Assembly: GCA_964016885.1 (NCBI GenBank)
Contig: OZ024744.1
Span: 51,708,001-51,772,000, forward strand
Length of the DNA stretch: 64,000 bases
Reading direction: 5' to 3'
Source: Eledone cirrhosa
Taxonomy: Eukaryota
A model generated the notes under the pieces. That model had not been told where the DNA came from. It saw nothing but the letters and a program-made list of their open reading frames with translations, and made no database searches. The first letter of the stretch is position 1. Every line of letters begins with the position of its first letter. Below, piece by piece: positions 1 through 14,000 of this stretch. A program made the translations under genes and the position numbers.

Positions 1-567
1 TATGGTAATGCTGTGAGACAGGAATGAGAGGAAGACGTCGTTGTTGGAGTTATGGTACGGTTGTGAGACAGCAGTGAGAGAAAGATGTCATTGGGGGAGT
101 TATGGTACGGCGGTGAGACAGGAATGAGAGAAAGACGTCGTTGGTTGAATTATGGTACGGCTGTGAGAGAGGAATGAGAGGAAGACGTCGTTGGTGGAGT
201 TATGGTATGGCTGTGAGACAGGAATGAGAGAAAGATGTCGTTGGTGGAGTTATGGTATGGTCGTGAGATAGGACTGAGAGAAAGATGTCGTTGGTGGAGT
301 TACGGTACGACTGTGAGACAGGAATGAGAGAAAGATGTCGTTGGTGGAATTATGGTACGGTTGTGAGACAGGAATGAGAGGAAGATGTCGTTCGTGGAGT
401 TATGGTATGGTTTTGAGACAAGAATGATAGAAAGATGTCGTTGGTGGAGTTATGGTACGGCTGTGAAAGAAATGAGAGAAAGATGTCGTTGGTGGAGTTA
501 TGGTACGGCTGTGAGTAGGAATGAGAGGAAGATGTCGTTGGTGGTGTTATTGTACGGCTGTGAAACA

Positions 568-2060
568 GGAATGAGAGAAAGACGTCGTTGGTGGAGTTAT
601 GGTACGGCTGTGAGAGAAATGAAAGAAAGACGTCGTTGCTGGAGTTATGGTACGGCTGTGAGACAGGAATGAGAGAAAGATTTTGTTGGTGGAGTTATGG
701 TACGACTTTGAGACAGGAATCAGAGGAAAATGTCATTGGTAGAGTTATGGTACCGTCGAAGCTGGAGTTATTTTAAGGCTGTGAGAAAGGAATGAGAGAA
801 AGATGTTGGTGGTGTTATGGTACGGCTGTGATACAAGAATGAGAAAAAGATGTCGTTGGCGGAGTTATGGTAATGCTGTGAGACAGGAATGAGAGGAAGA
901 CGTCGTTGTTGGAGTTATGGTACGGTTGTGAGACAGCAGTGAGAGAAAGATGTCATTGGTGGAGTTATGGTACGGCTGTGAGACAGGAGTTAGAGAAAGA
1001 TGTTGGTGGAGTTATGGTACGGCTGTGATACAAGAATGAGAAAAAGATGTCGTTGGCGGAGTTATGGTAATGCTGTGAGACAGCAATGAGAGGAAGACGT
1101 CGTTATTGGAGTTATGGTACGGTTGTGAGACAGCAGTGAGAGAAAGATGTCATTGGGGGAGTTATGGTACGGCGGTGAGACAGGAATGAGAGAAAGACGT
1201 CGTTGGTTGAATTATGGTACGGCTGTGAGAGAGGAATGAGAGGAAGACGTCGTTGGTGGAGTTATGGTATGGCTGTGAGACAGGAATGAGAGGAAGATCT
1301 CGTTGGTGGAGTTATGGTATGGTAGTGAGACAGGAATGAGAGAAAGACGTCGTGGGTGGAGTTATGGTACGGCTGTGAGAGAAATGAAAGAAAGACGTCG
1401 TTGCTGGAGTTATGGTACGGCTGTGAGACAGGAATGAGAGAAAGATTTTGTTGGTGGAGTTATGGTACGACTTTGAGACAGGAATCAGAGGAAAATGTCA
1501 TTGGTAGAGTTATGGTACCGTCGAAGCTGGAGTTATTTTAAGGCTGTGAGAAAGGAATGAGAGAAAGATGTTGGTGGTGTTATGGTACGGCTGTGATACA
1601 AGAATGAGAAAAAGATGTCGTTGGCGGAGTTATGGTAATGCTGTGAGACAGGAATGAGAGGAAGACGTCGTTGTTGGAGTTATGGTACGGTTGTGAGACA
1701 GCAGTGAGAGAAAGATGTCATTGGTGGAGTTATGGTACGGCTGTGAGACAGGAGTTAGAGAAAGACGTCGTTACTGGAGTTATGGTACGGCTGTGATACA
1801 AGAATGAGAAAAAGATGTCGTTGGCGGAGTTATGGTAATGCTGTGAGACAGGAATGAGAGGAAGACGTCGTTGTTGGAGTTATGGTACGGTTGTGAGACA
1901 GCAGTGAGAGAAAGATGTCATTGGGGGAGTTATGGTACGGCGGTGAGACAGGAATGAGAGAAAGACGTCGTTGGTTGAATTATGGTACGGCTGTGAGAGA
2001 GGAATGAGAGAAAGACGTCGTTGGTGGAGTTATGGTATGGCTGTGAGACAGGAATGAGAG
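568..2060 (+). repeat. Tandem duplication with a period of 765-768 bp
   Basis: The private variant CAGAGGAAAATGTC...GTCGAAGC occurs at 721 and 1486 (offset 765). The near-identical ORFs ending at 776 and 1541 show the same offset. Confidence 0.85.
716..788 (+). repeat. Example of the 73-bp expanded monomer (23-bp internal tandem duplication)
   Basis: TGTCATTGGTAGAGTTATGGTAC is followed directly by CGTCGAAGCTGGAGTTATTTTAA, giving two diverged copies of consensus positions 16-38. The next monomer starts at 789. Confidence 0.93.
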
Positions 2061-5000
2061 AAAGATGTCGTTGGTGGAGTTATGGTATGGTCGTGAGATA
2101 GGACTGAGAGAAAGATGTCGTTGGTGGAGTTACGGTACGTCTGTGAGACAGGAATGAGAGAAAGATGTCGTTGGTGGAATTATGGTACGGTTGTGAGACA
2201 GGAATGAGAGGAAGATGTCGTTGTTGGAGTTATGGTACGGTTGTGAGACAGCAGTGAAAGAAAGATGTCATTGGTGGAGTTATGGTACGGCTGTGAGACA
2301 GGAATGAGAGAAAGACGTCGTTGGTGGAGTTATGGTAATGCTGTGAGACAGGAATGAGAGGAAGACGTTGTTGGTGGATTTATGGTACGGGTGTGAGAGA
2401 AATGAGAGAAAGATATCGTTGGTGGAGTTATGGTATGGCTGTGAGACAGGAATGAGAGGAAGACGTCATTGGTGGAATTATGGTACGGTTGTGAGACAAG
2501 AATGAGAGAAAATGTCGTTGGTGGAGTTATGGTACGGCTGTGAGACAGGAATGAGAGAAAGACGTCGTTGGTGGAGTTATGGTACGGCTGTGAAAGAAAT
2601 GAGAGAAAGATGTCGTTGGTGGAGTTATGGTACGGCTGGGAGTAGGAATGAGAGGAAGATGTCGTTGGTGGTGTTATGGTACGGCTGTGAAACAGGAATG
2701 AGAGAAAGACCTCGTTGGTGGAGTCATGGTACGGCTGTGAGAGAGGAATTAGAGGAAGACGTCGTTGGTGGAGTTATGGTATGGTTGTGAGACAGGAATG
2801 AGAGAAAGACGTCGTTGGTGGAGTTATGGTACGGTTGTGAGACAGGAATGAGAGGAAGACGTCATTGGTGGAGTTATGGTACTGCTGTGAGAGAGGAATG
2901 AGAGAAAGACGTCGCTGGTGAGGTTATGGTATGGTCGTGAGATAGGACTGAGAGAAAGATGTCGTTGGTGGAGTTACGGTACGGCTGTGAGACAGGAATG
3001 AGAGAAAGATGTCGTTGGTGGGGTTATGGTATGGTTTTGAGACAGGAATGAGACAAAGATGTCGTTGGTGGAGTTATGGTACGGTTGTGAGATAGGAATG
3101 AGGGAAAGACGTCGTTGGTGGAGTTATGGAATGGCTGTGAGTCAGGAATGAGAGGAAGGTGTCGTTGGTGGAGTTATGGTACGGCTGTGAGACAAGAATG
3201 AGAAAAAGATGTCGTTGGTGGAGTTATGGTAATGCTGTGAGACAGCAATGAGAGGAAGACGTCGTTGGTGGAGTTATGGTACGGTTATGAGACAGTAATG
3301 AGAGGAAGACGTCGTTTTGGGAGTTATGGTACGGTTGTGAGACAGCAGTGAAAGAAAGATGTCATTGGTGGAGTTATGCTACGGCTGTGAGACAGGAATG
3401 AGAGAAAGACGTCGTTGGTGGAGATATGGTACGGCTGTGAGACAGGATTGAGTGGAAGATGTCATTGGTAGAGTTATGGTACCGTAGTTGCTGGAGTTAT
3501 TTTAAGGCTGTGAGTCAGGAATGAGAGAAAGATGTCGTTGGTGGAGTTATGGTACGGCTGTGATACAAGAATGAGAAAAAGATGTCGTTGGTGGAATTAT
3601 GGTACGGCTGTGAGACACGAATGAGAGGAAGATGTCGTTGGTGGAGTTATGGTACGGTTGTGAGACAGGAATGAGAGGAAGATGTCGTTGGTGGAGTTAT
3701 GATACGGTTGTGAGATAAGAATGAGGGGAAGATATCGTTGGTGGAGTTATGGTACGGTTGTGAGACAGGAATGCGAGGAAGATGTCGTTGGTGGAGTTAT
3801 GGTACGGTTGTGAGATAGGAATGAGGAGAAGATATCGTTGGTGGAGTTATGGAATGACTGTGAGACAGGAATGAGAGGAAGATGTCGTTGGTGGAGTTAT
3901 GTTACGGCCGTGAGATAGGAATGCGAGGAAGATGTCGTTGGTGGAGTTATGTTACGGCTGTGATAAAAGAATGAGAAAAAGATGTCGTTGGTGGAGTTAT
4001 GGTAATGCTGTGAGACAGGAATTAGAGGAAGACGTCGTTGGTGGAGTTATGGTACGGCTGTGAAACAGGAATGAGAGGAAGACGTCCTTGGGGGAGTTAT
4101 GGTACGGCTGTGAGACAGGAATAAGAGAAAGATGTCGTTGGTGGAGTTATGGAACGGCTGTGTGACAAGAATGAGAGGAAGATGTCGTTGGTGGAGTTAT
4201 GGTACGGTTGTGAGACAGGAATGAGAGGAAGATGTCGTTGGTGGAGTTATGGTACGGCTGTGAGATAGGAATGAGAAAAAGACGTCGTTGCTGGAGTTAT
4301 GGTACGGCCGTGAGACAGGAATGAGAGGAAGATCTCGTTGGTGGATTTATGGTACGGCTGTGAGAGAAATGAGAGAAAGACGTCGTTGCTGGAGCTATAG
4401 TACGGCTGTGAGACAGGAATGAGAGAAAGATTTTGTTGGTGGAGTTATGGTACGACTTCGAGACAGGAATGAGAGGAAGATGTCATTGGTAGAGTTATGG
4501 GACCGTCGATGCTGGAGTTATTTTAAGGCTGTGAGACAGGAATGAGAGAAATATATCTTTGGTGGTGTTATGGTACGGCTGTGAGACAGGAGTTAGAGAA
4601 AGATGTTGGTGGAGTTATGGTACGGCTGTGATACAAGAATGAGAAAAAGATGTCGTTGGCGGAGTTATGGTAATGCTGTGAGACAGGAACGAGAGGAAGA
4701 CGTCGTTGGTGGAGTTATGGTATGGCTGTGAGACAGGAATGAGAGGAAGACGTCGTTGGTTGAATTATGGTACGGCTGTGAGAGAGGAATGAGAGGAAGA
4801 CGTCGTTGGTGGAGCTATGGTACGGCTGTGAGACAGGAATGAGAGGAAGATGTCATTGGTAGAGTTATGGTACCGTCGTTGCTGGAGTTATGGTACGGCT
4901 GTGAGACAGGAATGAGAGGAAGATGTCGTTGGTGGAGTTATGGTACGGTTGTGAGACAGGAATGAGAGGAAGATGTCGTTGGTGGAGTTATGGTACGGTT

Positions 5001-8000
5001 GTGAGATAGGAATGAGGGGAAGATATCGTTGGTGGAGTTATGGTACGGTTGTGAGACAGGAATGAGAGGAAGATGTCATTGGTGGAGTTATGGTACGGTT
5101 GTGAGATAGGAATGAGGGGAAGATATCGTTGGTGGAGTTATGGTACGGTTGTGAGACTGGAATGAGGGAAAGACGTCGTTGGTGGAGTTATGGTACGGTT
5201 GCGAGACAGGAATGAGAGGCAGATGTCGTTGGTGGAGTTATGGTACGGCTGTGATAAAAGAATGAGAAAAAGATGTCGTTGGTGGAGTTATGGTAATGCC
5301 GTGAGTCAGGAATTAGAGGAAGACGTCGTTGGTGGAGTTATGGTACGGCTGTGAGACAGGAATGAGAGGAAGATGTCGTTGGTGGAGTTATGGTACGGTT
5401 ATGAGATAGGAATGAGAGAAAGACGTCGTTGGCGGTGTTATGGTACGGCTGTGAGACAAGAATGAGAGGAAGATCTCGTTGGTGGAGTTATGGTACGGTA
5501 GTGAGACATGAATGAGAGGAAGACGTCGTTGGTGGAGTTATGGTACGGCTGTGAGATAGGAATGAGAGAAAGACGTCGTTACTGGAGTTATGGTACGACC
5601 GTGAGACAGGAATTAGAGGAAGATCTCGTTGGTGGAGTTATGGTACGGCTGTGAGAGAAATGAGAGAAAGACGTCGTTGCTGGAGTTATGGTACGGCCGT
5701 GAGACAGGAATGAGAGATAGACGTCGTTGGTGGAGTTATGGTAATGATGTGAGACCGGAATGAGAGGAAGACGTCGTTGGTGGAGTTATGGTACGGCTGT
5801 GAGACAGGAATGAGGGAAAGACGTCATTGGTGGAGTTATGGTACGGCTGTGAGACAGGAATGAGAGAAAGACGTCGTTGGTGGAGTTATGGTACGGCTGT
5901 GAGACAGGAATGAGAGGAAGGTGTCGTTGGTGGAGTTATGGTACGGTTGTGAGATACGAATGAGAGGAAGATGTCGTTGGTGGAGTTATGGTACGGTTGT
6001 GAGATACGAATGAGAGGAAGATGTCGTTGGTGGAGTTATGGTATGGTTGTGAGACAGGAATGAGAGAAAGACGTCGTTGGTTGAGTTATGCTACGGCTGT
6101 GAGACACGAATGAGAGGAAGACGTCGTTGGTGGAGGTATGGTAGGGCTGTGAGATAGGAATGAGAGAAAGACGTCGTTGGTGGAGCTATAGTACGGCTGT
6201 GAGACAGGAATGAGAGAAAGATTTTGTTGGTGGAGTTATGGTACGACTTCGAGACAGGAATGAGAGGAACATGTCATTGGTAGAGTTATGGGACCGTCGA
6301 TGCTGGAGTTATATTAAGGCTGTGAGACAGGAATGAGAGAAAGATATCTTTGGTGGAGTTATGGTACGGCTGTGAGACAGGAATTAGAGGAAGACGTCGT
6401 TGGTGGAGTTATGGTACGGCTGTGAGACAGGAATGAGAGAAAGATGTCGTTGGTGGAGTTATGGTACGGCTGTGTGACAAGAATGAGAGGAAGATGTCGT
6501 TGGTGGAGTTATGGTACGGTTGTGAGACAGGAATGAGAGGAAGATGTCGTTGGTGGAGTTATGGTACGGCTGTGAAATAGGAACGAGAGAAAGACCTCGT
6601 TGGTGGAGTTATGGAATGGCTGTGAGACAGGAATGAGAGGAAGACGTCGTTGGTTGAATTATGGTACGGCTGTGAGAGAGGAATGAGAGGAAGACGTCGT
6701 TGGTGGAGCTATGGTACGGCTGTGAGACAGGAATGAGAGGAAGATGTCATAGGTAGAGTTATGGTACCGTCGTTGCTGGAGTTATGGTACGGCTGTGAGA
6801 CAGGAATGAGACGAAGATGTCATTGGTAGAGTTATGGTACCGTCGTTGCTGGAGTTATGGTACGGCTGTGAGACAGGAATGAGAGAAAGATGTCGTTGGT
6901 GGAGTTATGGTACGGCTGTGATACAAGAATGAGAAAAAGATGTCGTTGGTGGAATTATGGTACGGCTGTGAGACACGAATGAGAGGAAGATGTCGTTGGT
7001 GGAGTTATGGTACGGTTGTGAGATAGGAATGAGGGGAAGATATCGTTGGTGGAGTTATGGTACGGTTGTGAGACAGGAATGAGGGAAAGACGTCGTTGGT
7101 GGAGTTATGGTACGGTTGTGAGACAGGAATGAGAGGAAGATGTCGTTGGTGGAGTTATGGTACGGCCGTGAGATAGGAATGCGAGGAAGATGTCGTGGGT
7201 GGAGTTATGGTACGGCTGTGATAAAAGAATGAGAAAAAGATGTCGTTGTTGGAGTTATGGTAATGCTGAGAGACAGGAATTAGAGGAAGACGTCGTTGGT
7301 GGAGTTATGGTACGGCTGTGAGACAGGAATGAGAGGAAGATGTCGTTGGTGGAATTATGGTACGGTTGTGAGACAGGAATGAGAGGAAGATGTCGTTGGT
7401 GGAGTTATGGTACGGTTGTGAGATAGGAATGAGAGAAAGACGTCGTTGGTGGAGTTATGGTAATGCTGTGAGACCGGAATGAGAGGAATACGTCGTTGGT
7501 GGAGTTATGGTACGGCTGTGAGACAGGAATGAGGGAAAGACGTCATACGTCATTGGTGGAGTTATGGTACGGCTGTGAGACAGGAATGAGAGAAAGACGT
7601 CGTTGGTGGAGTTATGGTACGGCTGTGAGACAGGAATGAGAGGAAGATGTCGTTGGTGGAGTTATGGTACGGTTGTGAGATACGAATGAGAGGAAGATGT
7701 CGTTGGTGGAGTTATGGTACGGTTGTGAGATACGAATGAGAGGAAGATGTCGTTGGTGGAGTTATGGTATGGTTGTGAGACAGGAATGAGAGAAAGACGT
7801 CGTTGGTTGAGTTATGCTACGGCTGTGAGACACGAATGAGAGGAAGACGTCGTTGGTGGAGGTATGGTAAGGCTGTGAGATAGGAATGAGAGAAAGACGT
7901 CGTTGGTGGAGCTATAGTACGGTTGTGAGACAGGAATGAGAGAAAGATTTTGTTGGTGGAGTTATGGTACGACTTCGAGACAGGAATGAGAGGAAGATGT

Positions 8001-11000
8001 CATTGGTAGAGTTATGGTACGGCTGTGAGACAGGAATTAGAGGAAGACGTCGTTGGTGGAGTTATGGTACGGCTGTGAGACAGGAATGAGAGGAAGACGT
8101 CCTTGGGGGAGTTATGGTACGGCTGTGAGACAGGAATGAGAGAAAGATGTCGTTGGTGGAGTTATGGTACGGCTGTGTGACAAGAATGAGAGGAAGATGT
8201 CGTTGGTGGAGTTATGGTACGGCCGTGAGACAGGAATGTGAGCAAGACGTCGTTGGTGGAGTTATGGTAATGCTGTGAGACCGGAATGAGAGGAAGACGT
8301 CGTTGGTGGAGTTATGGTACGGCTGTGAGACAGGAATGAGGGAAAGACGTCATTGGTGGAGTTATGGTACGGCTGTGAGACAGGAATGAGAGAAAGACGT
8401 CGTTGGTGGAGTTATGGTACGGCTGTGAGACAGGAATGAGAGGAAGATGTCGTTGGTGGAGTTATGGTACGGTTGTGAGATACGAATGAGAGGAAGATGT
8501 CGTTGGTGGAGTTATGGTACGGTTGTGAGATACGAATGAGAGGAAGACATCGTTGGTGGAGGTATGGTAAGGCTGTGAGATAGGAATGAGAGAAAGACGT
8601 CGTTGGTGGAGCTATAGTACGGCTGTGAGACAGGAATGAGAGAAAGATTTTGTTGGTGGAGTTATGGTACGACTTCGAGACAGGAATGAGAGGAAGATGT
8701 CATTGGTAGAGTTATGGGACCGTCGATGCTGGAGTTATATTAAGGCTGTGAGACAGGAATGAGAGAAAGATATCCTTGGTGGAGTTATGGTACGGCTGTG
8801 AGACAGGAATTAGAGGAAGACGTCGTTGGTGGAGTTATGGTACGGCTGTGAGACAGGAATGAGAGGAAGACGTCCTTGGGGGAGTTATGGTACGGCTGTG
8901 AGACAGGAATGAGAGAAAGATGTCGTTGGTGGAGTTATGGTACGGCTGTGTGACAAGAATGAGAGGAAGATGTCGTTGGTGGAGTTATGGTACGGTTGTG
9001 AGACAGGAATGAGAGGAAGATGTCGTTGGTGGAGTTATGGTACGGTTGTGAGATAGGAATGAGAGAAAGACGTCGTTGGCGGTGTTATGGTACGGCTGTG
9101 AGACAAGAATGAGAGGAAGATCTCGTTGGTGGAGTTATGGTACGGTAGTGAGACATGAATGAGAGGAAGATGTCGTTGGTGGAGTTATGGTACGGCTGTG
9201 AGAGAGATGAGAGAAAGACGTCGTTGCTGGAGTTATGGTACGGCCGTGAGACAGGAATGTGAGCAAGATGTCGTTGGTGGAGTTATGGTACGGTTGTGAG
9301 ATAGGAATGAGAGAAAGACGTCGTTGGTGGAGTTATGGTAGTGCTGTGAGACCGGAATGAGAGGAAGACGTCGTTGGTGGAGTTATGGTACGGCTGTGAG
9401 ACAGGAATGAGGGAAAGACGTCATTGGTGGAGTTATGGTACGGCTGTTAGACAGGAATGAGAGAAAGACGTCGTTTGTGGAGTTATGGTACGGCTGTGAG
9501 ACAGGAATGAGAGGAAGATGTCGTTGGTGGAGTTATGGTACGGTTGTGAGATACGAATGAGAGGAAGATGTCGTTGGTGGAGTTATGGTACGGTTGTGAG
9601 ATACGAATGAGAGGAAGACGTCGTTGGTGGAGGTATGGTAAGGCTGTGAGATAGGAATGAGAGAAAGACGTCGTTGGTGGAGCTATAGTACGGCTGTGAG
9701 ACAGGAATGAGAGAAAGATTTTGTTGGTGGAGTTATGGTACGACTTCGAGACAGGAATGAGAGGAAGATGTCATTGGTAGAGTTATGGGACCGTCGATGC
9801 TGGGGTTATTTTAAGGCTGTGAGACAGGAATGAGAGAAAGATATCTTTGGTGGAGTTATGGTACGGCTGTGAGACAGGAGTTAGAGAAAGATGTTGCTGG
9901 AGTTATGGTACGGCTGTGATACAAGAATGAGAAAAAGATGTCGTTGGCGGAGTTATGGTAATGCTGTGAGACAGGAACGAGAGGAAGACGTCGTTGGTGG
10001 AGTTATGGTATGGCTGTGAGACAGGAATGAGAGGAAGACGTCGTTGGTTGAATTATGGTACGGCTGTGAGAGAGGAATGAGAGGAAGACGTCGTTGGTGG
10101 AGCTATGGTACGGCTGTGAGACAGGAATGAGAGGAAGATGTTATTGGTAGAGTTATGGTACCGTCGTTGCTGGAGTTATGGTACGGCTGTGAGACAGGAA
10201 TGAGAGGAAGATGTCATTGGTAGAGTTATGGTACCGTCGTTGCTGGAGTTATAGTACGGCTGTGAGACAGGAATGAGAGAAAGATGTCGTTGGTGGAATT
10301 ATGGTACTGTTGTGAGACAGGAATGAGAGGAAGATGTCATTCGTGTAGTTATGGTATGGTTGTGAGACAGGAATGAGAGAAAGATGTCGTTGGTGGAGTT
10401 ATGGTACGGCTGTGAGACAAGAATGGGAAAAAGATGTCGTTGGTGGAGTTATGGTAATGCTGTGAGACAGGAATGAGAGGAAGACGTCGTTTGTGGAGTT
10501 ATGGTATGGCTGTGAGACAGGAATGAGAGAAAGACGTCGTTGGTGGAGTTATAGTATGGTTGTGAGACAGGAATGAGGGAAAGACCCGTTGGTGGAGTTA
10601 TGGTACGGTTGTGAGACAAGAATGAGAGAAAATGTCGTTGGTGGAGTTACGTTACGACTGTGAAACAGGAATGAGAGAAAGACGTCGTTGGTGGAGTTAT
10701 GGTACGGCTGTGAGTAGGAATGAGAGGAAGATGTCGTTGGTGGTGTTATGGTACGGCTGTGAGACAGGAATGAGAGAAAGACCTCGTTGATGGAGTTATG
10801 GTACGGCTGTGAGAGAGGAATGAGAGGAAGACGTCGTTGGTGGAGTTATGGTATGGTTGTGAGACAGGAATGAGAGAAAGACGTCGTTGGTGGAGTTATG
10901 GTACGACTTCGAGACAGGAATGATAGGAAGATGTCATTGGTAGAGTTATGGGACCGTCGATGCTGGAGTTATTTTAAGGCTGTGAGACAGGAATGAGAGA

Positions 11001-14000
11001 AAGATGTCTTTGGTGGAGTTATGGTACGGCTGTGAGACAGGAGTTAGAGAAAGATGTTGGTGGAGTTATGGTACGGCTGTGATACAAGAATGAGAAAAAG
11101 ATGTCGTTGCCGAAGTTATGGTAATGCTGTGAGACAGGAACGAGAGGAAGACGTCGTTGGTGGAGTTATGGTATGGCTGTGAGACAGGAATGAGAGGAAG
11201 ACGTCGTTGGTTGAATTATGGTACGGCTGTGAGAGAGGAATGATAGGAAGACGTCGTTGGTTGAGTTATGGTACGGCTGTGAAACAGGAATGAGAGGAAG
11301 ATGTCATTGGTAGAGTTATGTTACCGTCGTTGCTGGAGTTATTTTAAGACTGTGACACAGGAATGAGAGAAAGATGTCGTTGGTGGAGTTATGGTACGGC
11401 TGTGATACAAGAATGAGAAAAAGATGTCGTTGGTGGAGTTATGGTAATACTGTGAGACAGGAATGAGAGGAAGACGTCGTTGGTGGAGTTATGGTACGGT
11501 TGTGAGACAGGAATGAGAGGAAGATGTCGTTGGTGGAGTTATGGTACGGCTGTGATACAAGAATGAGAAAAAGATGTCGTTGGTGGAGTTATGGTAATAC
11601 TGTGAGACAGGAATGAGAGGAAGACGTCGTTGGTGGAGTTATGCTATGGTCGTGAGATAGGACTGAGAGAAAGATGTCGTTGGTGGAGTTGCGGTACGGC
11701 TGTGAGACAGAAATGAGAGAAAGATGTCGTTGGTGGAATTATGGTACGGTTGTGAGACAGGAATGAGAGGAAGATGTCGTTCCTGGAGTTATGGTATGGT
11801 TTTGAGACAGGAATGAGAAAAAGATGTCGTTGGTTGAGTTATGGTATGGTTTTGAGACAGGAATGAGAGAAAGATGTGGTTGGTGGAGTTATGGTACGGC
11901 TGTGAGACAGGAATGAGAGGAAGGTGTCGTTGGTGGAGTTATGGTACGGCTGTGAGACAAGAATGAGAAAAAGATGTCGTTGGTGGAGTTATGGTAATGC
12001 TGTGAGACAGGAATGAGAGGAAGACGTCTTTGGTGGAGTTATGGTATGGCTGTGAGACAGGAATGAGGGGAAGATGTCCTTGGTGGAGTTATGGTACGGC
12101 TGTGAGACAGGAATGAGAGAAAGACGTCGTTGGTGGAGATATGGTACGGCTGTGAGACAGGATTGAGAGGAAGATGTCATTGGTAGAGTTATGGTACCGT
12201 CGTTGCTGGAGTTATTTTAAGGCTGTGAAAACAGGAATGAGAGAAAGATGTCGTTGGTGGAGTTATGGTACGGCTGTGATACAAGAATGAGAAAAAGATG
12301 TCGTTGGTGGAATTATGGTACGGCTGTGAGACACGAATGAGAGGAAGATGTCGTTGGTGGAGTTATGGTACGGTTGTGAGACAGGAATGAGAGGAAGATG
12401 TCGTTGGTGGAGTTATGGTACGGTTGTGAGATAGGAATGAGGGGAATATATCGTTGGTGGAGTTATGGTACGGTTGTGAGACAGGAATGAGGGAAAGACG
12501 TCGTTCGTGGAGTTATGGTACGGTTGTGAGACAGGAATGAGAGAAAGACGTCGTTGGTGTAGTTATGGTATGGCTGTGAGATAGGAATGCGAGGAAGATG
12601 TCGTTGGTGGAGTTATGGTACGGCTGTGATAAAAGAATGAGAAAAAGATGTGGTTGGTGGAGTTATGGTAATGCTGTGAGACAGGAATTAGAGGAAGACG
12701 TCGTTGGTTGAGTTATGGTACGGCTGTGAGACAGGAATGAGAGGAAGACGTCCTTGGTGGAGTTATGGTACGGCTGTGAGACAGGAATGAGAGAAAGATG
12801 TCGTTGGTGGAGTTATGGTACGGCTGTGTGACAAGAATGAGAGGAAGATGTCGTTGGTGGAGTTATGGTACGGTTGTGAGACAGGAATGAGAGGAAGATG
12901 TCGTTGGTGGAGTTATGGTACGTTGTGAGATAGGAATGAGAGAAAGACGTCGTTGGCGGTGTTATGGTACGGCTGTGAGACAAGAATGAGAGGAAGATCT
13001 CGTTGGTGGAGTTATGGTACGGTAGTGAGACAGGAATGAGAGGAAGATGTCGTTGGTGGAGTTATGGTACGGCTGTGAGATAGGAATGAGAGAAAGACGT
13101 CGTTGCTGGAGTTATGGTACGGTCGTGAGACAGGAATGAGAGGAAGATCTCGTTCGTGGAGTTATGGTACGGCTGTGAGAGAAATGAGAGAAAGACGTCG
13201 TTGCTAGAGTTATGGTACGGCCGTGAGACAGGAATGAGAGGAAGATGTCGTTGGTGGAGTTATGGTACGGTTGTGAGATAGGAATGAGAGAAAGACGTCG
13301 TTGGTGGAGTTATGGTACGGCTGTGAGACAGGAATGAGAGAAAGACGTCGTTGGTGGAGTTATGGTACGGCTGTGAGACAGGAATGAGAGGAAGATGTCA
13401 TTGGTAGAGTTATGGTACCGTCGTTACTGGAGTTATTTTAAGGCTGTGAGACAGGAATGAGAGAAAGTTGTCGTTGGTGGAGTTATGGAACGGCTGTGAG
13501 ACAGTAGTTAGAGAAAAATGTTGGTGGAGTTATGGTACGGCTGTGAAACAAGAATGAGAAAAATATGTCGTTGGTGGAGTTATGGTAATGCTGTGGGACA
13601 GGAATGAGAGGAAGACGTCGTTGGTGGAGATATGGTATGGTTGTGAGACAGGAATGAGAGGAAGACGTCGTTGGTGGAGTTATGGTACGGCTGTGAGACA
13701 GCAGTGAGAGAAAGATGTCATTGGTGGAGTTATGGTACGGCTGTGAGAGAGGAATGAGAGAAAGACGTCGTTGGTGGAGTTATGGTACGGCTGTGAGACA
13801 GGAGTTAGAGAAAGGTGTTGTTGGAGTTATGGTACGGCTGTGATACAAGAATTAGAAAAAGATGTCGTTGGTGGATTTATGGTAATACCGTGAGACAGGA
13901 ATGGGAGGAAGACGTCGTTGGTGGATTTATGGTACGGCTGTGAGACTGGAATGAGAGGAAGACGTCGTTGTTGGATTTATGGTACGGTTGTAAGACAGCA

